Source of the DNA: an uncultured Erysipelotrichaceae bacterium
Lineage (GTDB): Bacteria; Bacillota_I; Bacilli_A; RFN20; CAG-826
Direction of reading: 5' to 3'
Length of the DNA: 64,000 bases
Assembly (NCBI GenBank): GCA_902800645.1
Contig: CADCFC010000001.1
Span: forward strand, 122,907-186,906
The notes under the pieces were generated by a model that was not told the DNA's origin, did no database searches, and saw nothing but the letters and a program-made list of their open reading frames with translations. Shown in pieces: positions 30,794-38,178 of the stretch. Position 1 is the first letter of the stretch, and each line of letters opens with the position of its first letter. The translations under genes were made by a program, and so were the position numbers.

Positions 30794-30821
30794 AGTTAAC
30801 ATAATAAATAGATTCATTATA
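30794..30821 (-). other. Partial dif-like sequence (pseudo-dif): perfect XerD-arm TTATGTTAACT with a non-canonical XerC arm
   Basis: Minus-strand reading is TATAATGAATC-TATTTA-TTATGTTAACT. It shares a 15-nt identical core plus similar flank (about 19 of 20 nt) with the dif site at 36694-36721. Confidence 0.35.
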
Positions 30822-30831
30822 AAATAATGAT

Positions 30832-32019
30832 ATGGCAAAAGTTATTGTTCATATCGATTTAAATGCTTTCTTTGTTCGCGCCGAAGAACTTAAAGACCAC
30901 TCATTAGAAAATAAAGCTGTTGCTGTTGGTCATTTAGGAAGAGGCGGGATTGTTTCCACTTGCTCATATGAAGCGAGAAAATATGGCGTGAGAAGTGGAA
31001 TGCCAATGAATAAAGCGGTCAAACTTTGCCCATCTTTAATAATCATCCGTCCTGATTATCGTTTTTATGTTACTTTGTCACATAAATTCAGAAATTATAT
31101 TTCAACAATTACTCCAATAATTGAGATGGCCTCAATCGATGAACTATTCGCCGATTTCACCGATGTTGTAAAAAAACAAAGAAATGTCGAGGAGTATTTT
31201 AGAAATATCCAAAACACTTTATATGATTTAACAGGTTTAAAGTGTTCTATCGGTATTGGCCCAACAAAATTTTTAGCGAAGATGGCAAGCGACTATCAAA
31301 AGCCGATGGGCTTAACAATTATTAGAAGAAAAGATATCTCAAAAATCTTATATCCTCTTCCTTTGGAAGATATGTTTGGAATTGGCAAGAAAACTTGTCC
31401 TCGTCTTAAATATATCGGAATAAAAACTATCGGTGATTTAGCAAACGCTTTAAATAATAACGATCCAAAAGTTTATGACCTTCTTGGTAAATATTCTTAT
31501 GACTTGAAAGAATGGCTTAACGGCAAAGGAAGCGACAAGGTTATTACTGAATATGACGATCCTAAATCAATAGGTAATTCCACAACATTAAAAGAAGACA
31601 CTGATAACTATGAAACTATTTCTAATACTTTTGAAATAATTGCAGAAGAAGTGAGTGAACGCGCAAAAAAAGAAAATATGATCGGTAACACCATTCAAAT
31701 AATGGTTAAAGATCTCAATTACCGCGCTCACAATAAATCAATAACATTTGTTAACCACACAAATCACGCTAAAGAGATTTATGATTATGCAATTAAGCTA
31801 TACGAAAAGAATTTCCTCGGTTTACCAATAAGAGCCCTTGGAATCACACTTCAAAACTTAATCAATATCAAAGATATGAAAGTGCAGATGACTTTTTTTG
31901 ATTATCAAATGCACGAAGAAGAAAACAAAACTAAACTATTAATTAATGATCTGAATAGAAAAATTAAAGGTAAACCTTTAAAAAGAGCTAGCGAGGTAAA
32001 GAGCAATGGAAATAAGTGA
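30832..32019 (+). CDS. dinB: DNA polymerase IV (Y-family, DinB)
   Basis: N-terminus IVHIDLNAFFVRAEE and the IMS core ...SYEARKYGVRSGMPM, with a little-finger domain. Confidence 0.85.
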   Translation: MAKVIVHIDLNAFFVRAEELKDHSLENKAVAVGHLGRGGIVSTCSYEARKYGVRSGMPMNKAVKLCPSLIIIRPDYRFYVTLSHKFRNYISTITPIIEMASIDELFADFTDVVKKQRNVEEYFRNIQNTLYDLTGLKCSIGIGPTKFLAKMASDYQKPMGLTIIRRKDISKILYPLPLEDMFGIGKKTCPRLKYIGIKTIGDLANALNNNDPKVYDLLGKYSYDLKEWLNGKGSDKVITEYDDPKSIGNSTTLKEDTDNYETISNTFEIIAEEVSERAKKENMIGNTIQIMVKDLNYRAHNKSITFVNHTNHAKEIYDYAIKLYEKNFLGLPIRALGITLQNLINIKDMKVQMTFFDYQMHEEENKTKLLINDLNRKIKGKPLKRASEVKSNGNK

Positions 32020-32887
32020 TGCGATCAGTAATTTTGCCCAACACCTCATCGCCGAAAAAGGATTATCCAAATTAACAGTGGATTCATATCTTAAAGACTT
32101 AGAGCTTTTCTTTGATTTTTATAAAGATAAGAAAATGGTGGAAGACCTTTTACCAACCGACTTGAATGAATTCGTTCAATATCAAAAATCAATTGGTAGA
32201 AGCTCAAGCACAGTGATGCGTAGGATGTCTTCTATTAAGAATTTCTATATTTTTCTTAAGCGCGAAGGATTATATAAAGATGAACTTCCTGAACTTGATC
32301 CATTTAAAAAAGAAAGCACCCTTCCTAATTGTTTATCAGTTGAAGAAGTTGAGGCTTTATTAGACGCTCCAAAGATGGAAAATCCAAGTTCAATTAGAGA
32401 TAAGGCGATGCTCGAACTTATGTATGCGAGTGGATTACGTGTTAGTGAATTACTTTCTTTAGAAAAGAAAAATGTAAATCTCAATAAAGGAATAGTCACA
32501 ATCTTTGGTAAAGGCGCAAAAGAAAGAAAAGTACCAATAGGGGATTTCGCTCTTGAATATATAGTTAAATATCTTAACGAAGCGAGAAGTCTTCTTAATG
32601 GTGACAAATCAAAATATCTTTTTGTGAACAAAAAAGGGCAACCATTAAGTAGAGTATATTTCTTTAAACAAATAAGAAAATACGCCAAAGAAGTAGGAAT
32701 AGAAGAAACTATCTCTCCTCATACATTAAGGCACTGTTTTGCTACACACATGCTTGAAGGCGGAGCAGAACTAAGAGCGGTTCAAGAGATGCTTGGACAC
32801 ACCAATATAGCAACAACACAAATCTATACGCATGTTTCTAGTAGAAGAATAATTAGTGCATATGATTTGTTTATGAATAAAAAATAG
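32006..32887 (+). CDS. xerD: Tyrosine recombinase XerD
   Basis: N-terminal SAM-like domain; catalytic R..HxxR..Y context (LRHCFATHMLEGGAELRAVQEMLGHTNIATTQIYTHV). Lies upstream of deoB, as ripX-drm does in Bacillus. Confidence 0.85.
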   Translation: MEISDAISNFAQHLIAEKGLSKLTVDSYLKDLELFFDFYKDKKMVEDLLPTDLNEFVQYQKSIGRSSSTVMRRMSSIKNFYIFLKREGLYKDELPELDPFKKESTLPNCLSVEEVEALLDAPKMENPSSIRDKAMLELMYASGLRVSELLSLEKKNVNLNKGIVTIFGKGAKERKVPIGDFALEYIVKYLNEARSLLNGDKSKYLFVNKKGQPLSRVYFFKQIRKYAKEVGIEETISPHTLRHCFATHMLEGGAELRAVQEMLGHTNIATTQIYTHVSSRRIISAYDLFMNKK

Positions 32888-32922
32888 TTTAGACTATTTA
32901 CTGTTGAAAGGAGACATCAATA

Positions 32923-34146
32923 ATGTCATTCCCATATAAAAGAATATTTGTCGTCGTAGCGGATTCTGCAGGAATTGGTTACGAGCCTGACGCTGATAAA
33001 TTTTTTAATGCTGGTCACTCTGATTGGGGAAGCAATACCTTCGTCCACATCGCTGAAAAAATGCCTAACGGATTAAATATTCCAAATATGAATATGATGG
33101 GCATTGCTGATTTGGCAGATATTAGAGGTACTCACAAAGTGAGTCACCCTCATTCTTATGTTGCTAGAGCAAGAGAAAGAAGCAACGGAAAAGACACGAT
33201 GACAGGTCACTGGGAAATGATGGGCATAAACACTCAAGTCCCATTTAAAACCTTTACTGACACCGGATTCCCTAAAGAATTAATTGATGAGCTTGAAAAA
33301 CGCACAGGACATAAAGTGATTGGCAATTGCGCTGCTAGTGGAACCCAAATCATTCAAGAGCTTGGAGAAGAACAAATGAGAGATAATTCTCTTATCGTTT
33401 ATACTTCAAGTGATTCAGTGCTACAAATTGCTGCAAGTGAAGAAGTAACAGGCCTAGAAGAACTATATAGATGTTGCGAAATCGCTAGAGAAATCTGCAT
33501 GAAGCCTGAATGGATGGTCGGTAGAGTTATTGCTCGTCCATATGTCGGAAAGACCCCAGATACTTTTAAAAGAACAAGTAATCGTCACGATTTAGCCCTA
33601 AAACCAACTCTCCCTACAGTAATGAACGTTTTACAAGATAACGGTCTATTAACTAATTGCGTTGGTAAAATAGGTGACATCTTTGATGGCTATGGAGTTG
33701 GTAAGACTCAAAAAACCGTTTCTAATGAAGATGGAATGGATAAAACCATTAACGAATTAGTAAATGTTGATTTCACTGGTCTATGCTTTGTTAACTTAGT
33801 TGAATTTGATAGTGAATATGGTCATAGAAGAGATCCAATAGGATATGGTGAATGTTTAGAAAGATTTGATAAAAGGGTTGGTGAATTCATCTCCAAGATG
33901 CACGATGATGATTTATTAATCATCACCGCAGATCACGGTAACGACCCAACTTGGCCAGGAACCGATCACACAAGAGAAAAAATTCCTCTACTCATGTATT
34001 CTCCATCAATTAAAAATGGAAGATATTTAGAAGAGAGAGAATGCTTCGGTGATATCGGGGCAACCGTTCTTAAAAACTTCAATTTTGAGATGCCTAAAAA
34101 TCTCATTGGCGAGCCAATTGAAGAATTATTAGAAAACGAAAGATAA
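32923..34146 (+). CDS. deoB: Phosphopentomutase
   Basis: Alkaline-phosphatase-like metal-site residues; 407 aa; SD AAGGAGA. Confidence 0.9.
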   Translation: MSFPYKRIFVVVADSAGIGYEPDADKFFNAGHSDWGSNTFVHIAEKMPNGLNIPNMNMMGIADLADIRGTHKVSHPHSYVARARERSNGKDTMTGHWEMMGINTQVPFKTFTDTGFPKELIDELEKRTGHKVIGNCAASGTQIIQELGEEQMRDNSLIVYTSSDSVLQIAASEEVTGLEELYRCCEIAREICMKPEWMVGRVIARPYVGKTPDTFKRTSNRHDLALKPTLPTVMNVLQDNGLLTNCVGKIGDIFDGYGVGKTQKTVSNEDGMDKTINELVNVDFTGLCFVNLVEFDSEYGHRRDPIGYGECLERFDKRVGEFISKMHDDDLLIITADHGNDPTWPGTDHTREKIPLLMYSPSIKNGRYLEERECFGDIGATVLKNFNFEMPKNLIGEPIEELLENER

Positions 34147-34153
34147 TAATAAG

Positions 34154-34177
34154 CGACTCATTTATGAGTCGTTTTTA
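34154..34177. terminator. Bidirectional intrinsic terminator at the convergence of deoB (+) and the ABC permease gene (-)
   Basis: GACTCAT-tt-ATGAGTC flanked by A-run/T-run (taataataaGCGACTCATTTATGAGTCGTTTTTATT). Confidence 0.7.
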
Positions 34178-34937
34178 TTAGCTTTTTTAATAAATCTAAA
34201 ATTAAAGTGACAAAAAGCATCACAATAATAGCAATAAGAGAATAAGCAAAAGTTGGAACCATGCCTTTGTCTGAATTGATGTAGGCACTTCTAATCGCAA
34301 TTCCAATTCCATCCGCAGTGGAACCCGAAATAACTTCCGCCATTATTTCAATTTTAAATGAAAGAGCAAAACTAGAAACTAAGCCAAGAATAATAGTGGG
34401 CAACGCTAACGGAAACTTGATAAAAGCATTACTTCTAAATCTATTCGCTCCATCAATTCTAGAAGACATAATCACGAATTCATCTATAGATGAATAACCA
34501 GCAATAGTGGCTTCATAAACAATTGGAAAAACAATGACTCCAACAATATAAATTGGAGCATTTTTTAATCCTGTTAACATCAAAAACAAAAAGACAAGAG
34601 CAGCGGTGGGGACAGCTTTTATTGCAACCATTGTTGGATTAAAAACATATTTTAGCGATGAATAATTTCCAACAACAATTCCTAAAACAATTGCTAAAAC
34701 TGAAGCGGTCACAAATCCGATCAGCATTCTCTTAAGAGACTCCCAAATACATAGATATGTATAAGAGTCTTTTAAATAGATGAACATTTCATTAAAAGTT
34801 TCTATTGGTTCGGGAAAAATAATTCGATTTGAACCCGCTAAATAATAAATAGCAATCCAAATTAAAAAGAAAAGCAAAACACCAACGGCGGTTAAAAGAT
34901 ATTTGTTAGTTATCACTTTTCTTAATGCTTTTTTCAT
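34158..34937 (-). CDS. ABC transporter permease (binding-protein-dependent inner-membrane component, NitT/TauT-like)
   Basis: 259 aa with 6 TM helices and an EAA-like cytoplasmic loop (SSRIDGANRFRSNAFIKFPLALP). Confidence 0.75.
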   Translation of the reverse strand: MKKALRKVITNKYLLTAVGVLLFFLIWIAIYYLAGSNRIIFPEPIETFNEMFIYLKDSYTYLCIWESLKRMLIGFVTASVLAIVLGIVVGNYSSLKYVFNPTMVAIKAVPTAALVFLFLMLTGLKNAPIYIVGVIVFPIVYEATIAGYSSIDEFVIMSSRIDGANRFRSNAFIKFPLALPTIILGLVSSFALSFKIEIMAEVISGSTADGIGIAIRSAYINSDKGMVPTFAYSLIAIIVMLFVTLILDLLKKLIKTTHK

Positions 34938-34939
34938 TA

Positions 34940-35896
34940 CTAGACTCTTAAGATTCCTTTATTTTCAATTACGAGTTTAGTGTTATTGGCGTTCTCAACA
35001 GCATATGTATTGAGCTCTAAATCACCATAAACATATTCAAAAATTTTGCCTGGTAAATCATTCTTTTGGAAATAGAGAACTCGATCACCTTTATTAAGCT
35101 CGTTATCGGCATCTGTTCCCGTGGAAACAATATACATATTACCAAAGGTAATAGTAGCGGCAATTTTATAGTTTGCTTGATTATTAATAATTTGCATTAG
35201 TCCTCCGTGAGTTGGAGCGACAATAACGTCATATGCTCCTTTACTAAACGCTGGGATAATAACATCTGATGGACTACCAGTAGTCTCAAAATTTGCATTA
35301 GTTGCGTAATTATAAAACGCGATTGCAGGTGCGCCTGTTGGAACAAGAATCTTTAAATCTGAAAAACTCTCAGTTTCGGAAACACTCATATTAAAAATAT
35401 GATCATCAGTTAATTCGCCAATTTTTGGATTCAATAGCTTAGCAAATGTTGAAGTTTCTTCTTTAACTAAAGACGTTTCTTCATAGCCTAAAGAAAACCC
35501 ATTACTAGAGTTAGTTACCTTAAAAGCCATCGCTCCAGGAACTCCATATTTTGCTTGTTGTTGCTGAGGTGAAGTTAATGCTTCAATTCCAGTTTTAATC
35601 AACCCTGGATTATTTAATCCATTTTGAATATCGCTCTTAAGACTGTTTAAAAAATTTGATAGTTTATTGCTTGAAGTAGCTTTCTTAACAAAGATTGATG
35701 CTTGCATTATGCGCTTGCCTGAACTCTTTAAAACGAAGTCTGATTGTACATTTTTAAAAATGGTGGAATTTGTGGCAGACAAAACAGGTTGAGCAGTGAA
35801 TACATAATCAAACTGCATAACTGTTGGTTCAGATCCTTTTGAACAGCCAATTAATGAAATTAGCATAGCTGGTAATAATAGAATAGTTTTTTTCAT
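34940..35896 (-). CDS. Lipoprotein, probable ABC transporter substrate-binding protein
   Basis: Signal peptide plus lipobox (LISLIGC). The C-terminal half resembles a type-II periplasmic binding protein. Separated from the permease gene by 2 nt. The N-terminal 150 aa are low-complexity. Confidence 0.5.
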   Translation of the reverse strand: MKKTILLLPAMLISLIGCSKGSEPTVMQFDYVFTAQPVLSATNSTIFKNVQSDFVLKSSGKRIMQASIFVKKATSSNKLSNFLNSLKSDIQNGLNNPGLIKTGIEALTSPQQQQAKYGVPGAMAFKVTNSSNGFSLGYEETSLVKEETSTFAKLLNPKIGELTDDHIFNMSVSETESFSDLKILVPTGAPAIAFYNYATNANFETTGSPSDVIIPAFSKGAYDVIVAPTHGGLMQIINNQANYKIAATITFGNMYIVSTGTDADNELNKGDRVLYFQKNDLPGKIFEYVYGDLELNTYAVENANNTKLVIENKGILRV

Positions 35897-35944
35897 AATT
35901 TGTTTTCCTCGTTGCTATTCTACAAGAATAAATATTACAATATA

Positions 35945-35960
35945 TGTGATTTAAATCACG
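35945..35960. promoter_or_regulatory. CRP/FNR-family binding site TGTGA-tttaaa-TCACG
   Basis: Near-perfect TGTGA-N6-TCACA palindrome in the 67-bp divergent region. On the transporter-operon side it is centred about 41-42 bp upstream of the inferred start point (-10 TAGAAT). On the other side it ends 3 nt before the ATG of the Crp-like gene. Confidence 0.5.
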
Positions 35961-35963
35961 AAT

Positions 35964-36548
35964 ATGAACAAAATTATTAATTTTATAACCAATAATAATG
36001 ATATTAAATATGAAGAGTTTACTGCCGCTAAGAATCAGACATTATTCTTTGAAGGCGATAAATGTGAAAACATAGGCATTGTAAGAAAAGGAAAAGTTAG
36101 TATCATTTCATATTTTTCTGACGGACAAGAAGTCATATATAACACATTAGAAAAAGGTGGCATGTTCGGTAACAACCTCATTTTTTCATCCAGTCCATTT
36201 TATAGAGGAGATGTTGTTGCGATTGAAGAAACCGAAATCATCTACATTAAAAAAGATGAACTATTAAAAGCGTTAACAAGTAGCAAAGAATTATTAGAGC
36301 TTTACCTAAAGGAACAATCCGATTTTTCTAAAAAGCTCAATTTCAAGATAAAATTATTATCAATTCAAAATGCAGAAGACAGAATAATTTATTATCTTAC
36401 ATTTCATAAAAGAGAAATCGAATATAAATCGATATTAAAACTATCAAAAGAATTATATCTTGCACGAGAAACGCTAAGCAGAACAATCTATAAAATGGAA
36501 CGCAATGGTATAATAAAAATACAAAACAAAAAGATCACGCTATTGTAG
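35964..36548 (+). CDS. Crp/Fnr-family transcriptional regulator (cNMP-binding domain plus C-terminal HTH)
   Basis: 194 aa with a beta-roll cNMP-binding fold (GMFGNNLIF...) and a C-terminal HTH (RETLSRTIYKMERNGII). Confidence 0.8.
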   Translation: MNKIINFITNNNDIKYEEFTAAKNQTLFFEGDKCENIGIVRKGKVSIISYFSDGQEVIYNTLEKGGMFGNNLIFSSSPFYRGDVVAIEETEIIYIKKDELLKALTSSKELLELYLKEQSDFSKKLNFKIKLLSIQNAEDRIIYYLTFHKREIEYKSILKLSKELYLARETLSRTIYKMERNGIIKIQNKKITLL

Positions 36549-36559
36549 TGGAAATACAA

Positions 36560-36577
36560 ATTAGTAGATTTTTAGTA
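36560..36577 (+). repeat. Two phased copies ATTAGTA-N4-TTTAGTA of the recurring heptamer
   Basis: Copies start at 36560 and 36571, an 11-bp period. Same motif as the other arrays, in reverse orientation. Confidence 0.35.
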
Positions 36578-36693
36578 GGTGGATAAATTAACAAATTGTG
36601 GATAAAATTTAGCAATTAGATAATTATTCATCTATTTTTTATTATTTTAAAAGCAATCACTTAGATATCTAAATCGCTGTTTTTATCATATTA

Positions 36694-36721
36694 AGTTAAC
36701 ATAATAAACATTATGCGAAGT
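36694..36721 (-). other. dif: Chromosome dimer resolution site dif (XerC/XerD recombination site)
   Basis: Minus strand reads ACTTCGCATAA-TGTTTA-TTATGTTAACT. That is 22 of 28 identical to E. coli dif GGTGCGCATAA-TGTATA-TTATGTTAAAT. The XerD arm is 10 of 11 versus B. subtilis TTATGTAAACT, and the XerC arm starts ACTTC as in B. subtilis. It sits in a convergent intergenic region 2.5 kb from the global strand switch and 3.8 kb from xerD. Confidence 0.7.
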
Positions 36722-36791
36722 TATCTATATTTTTAAAAAAGCCTGGTGTATTAACCAAGCACTTATAAATTCACAGCAAACTATTACGCTG

Positions 36792-37886
36792 TTACTTTTT
36801 ATAGTAACGATCTAAGCAAGCTTTTGTTAAAGGATTCAAGTAGTCTACTTTATGATTCACATAGTATTCAATGTTACTAGTCATTACATCATCAAACCCT
36901 TTCTTTAAACTACTTTTCATTGAATTTATTAACTTTTCTGAGCCGAATCCTCTTGTTGGCTCTATTTTATCTGCACAATACACTATTTTTGCAATATCAT
37001 CCATCTCTCCACACGCTGTTGTATGGTATTTAATTGCGTTTAAAATGCTTGGATCCTCTATACCAAACACTTTTTTTGCTAAATATTCGCCTGTGAATTG
37101 ATGATAAACAATGCTATCAAGGTATAAATACTCACTATAATGAGTTTTCATTATCTCCGCTTCAATCTCTTTTGGTAATTCCTTGCCACAATCATGAACT
37201 AATCCAGCTATAAGCGCTCTTTTTGGGTTATCCACACTATTGCTTTTGGCAATTTCGTAGGAAAGAAGGGCCACACTTTTTGAATGAATGTATCTATCTT
37301 TGTGCATTCTAGATTTAATTTCTTGCATGAAATATAAATCATTATCAATTATATAATTGATAACTCCATCAGTTGTATCCAAAGAATGCAAATTCCTAAT
37401 ATCTGTAGAATTATAGTTATTTATCTCCCCATCTATCACCATCATATTAAAACGCTTAACATTTTCGCTTCTTGAGTAAGTTTCTCTACCAAAATAAATA
37501 ACTTTAACGAGTTTAGCTAATTCGTCTGCATCTTTCCAATCATGGAAGCTATTTACCTGATCTTGGCCAATCAGTAGATAGATTTCACTATTTGGATATG
37601 CTTTTTTGAAATGTTTTACAGTGTCTATTGTGTAATTTGTGTCATTTTCTAGGCTTGCTTCGTAATCTGAGACATCAAAAACGTTTTCGCGATTAAAATC
37701 CTTGATCGCCAGTTTTATCATCTCAATTTTGTCTTTTACAGGGGCCGATTCATTTTTCCATACAGATATTTTTGCAGGAATAAAAAGGACTTTCGCCCCA
37801 AGCTGTTTACTAGCACATTCCGCCATTTGTAAATGGCCGAAATGAATTGGATCGAAAGCACCACCAAATAAAATAATTCTTTCCAT
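36792..37886 (-). CDS. nadD: Fused nicotinate-nucleotide adenylyltransferase NadD / HD-domain hydrolase YqeK
   Basis: N-terminal half GGAFDPIHFGH (HxGH) ... SSTDIRN is NadD-like. C-terminal half carries the HD motif (H..HSKSVA...VHDCGK), which is YqeK-like. These are separate adjacent genes in Bacillus. Confidence 0.85.
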   Translation of the reverse strand: MERIILFGGAFDPIHFGHLQMAECASKQLGAKVLFIPAKISVWKNESAPVKDKIEMIKLAIKDFNRENVFDVSDYEASLENDTNYTIDTVKHFKKAYPNSEIYLLIGQDQVNSFHDWKDADELAKLVKVIYFGRETYSRSENVKRFNMMVIDGEINNYNSTDIRNLHSLDTTDGVINYIIDNDLYFMQEIKSRMHKDRYIHSKSVALLSYEIAKSNSVDNPKRALIAGLVHDCGKELPKEIEAEIMKTHYSEYLYLDSIVYHQFTGEYLAKKVFGIEDPSILNAIKYHTTACGEMDDIAKIVYCADKIEPTRGFGSEKLINSMKSSLKKGFDDVMTSNIEYYVNHKVDYLNPLTKACLDRYYKK

Positions 37887-38176
37887 TATTTTAGTTTAAT
37901 CTTTGGATTTTCTTTGTTTTTACGATACAAAACAACAACTCTACCTATGGTAGAAACAACATCAGCGTGCAATTTACTAGATAAATCTAGAGTTAATTCC
38001 ATAATCGGAGTTACTGCACTTTTTAATACTTCAACGCGAATTAATTCCCTAGCTTCTAATGCTTTATCAAGCATAACTAAAAGAGCATCGTTAATCTCGT
38101 TTTTGCCGATTTGATACTTTGTCTTATCGGTATTAATTATTGCCTTAAGCTGCTTCTTTTGTTCTTTTGTTAACAT
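37886..38176 (-). CDS. yhbY: CRM-domain RNA-binding protein YhbY (YqeI)
   Basis: 96 aa with LTKEQKKQLKA...IGKNEINDALL...IRVEV. Position matches yqeI. Confidence 0.75.
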   Translation of the reverse strand: MLTKEQKKQLKAIINTDKTKYQIGKNEINDALLVMLDKALEARELIRVEVLKSAVTPIMELTLDLSSKLHADVVSTIGRVVVLYRKNKENPKIKLK

Positions 38177-38178
38177 AG

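Noticed and set aside
30794-36721. Considered calling the 5.9-kb dif/pseudo-dif-flanked interval an integrated mobile element
   Set aside because: It contains the host xerD-deoB pair, which is ancestral synteny in Bacillus (ripX-drm). It has no phage, replication or transposition genes. It is kept only as a hypothesis attached to the pseudo-dif finding, not as a mobile_element feature.
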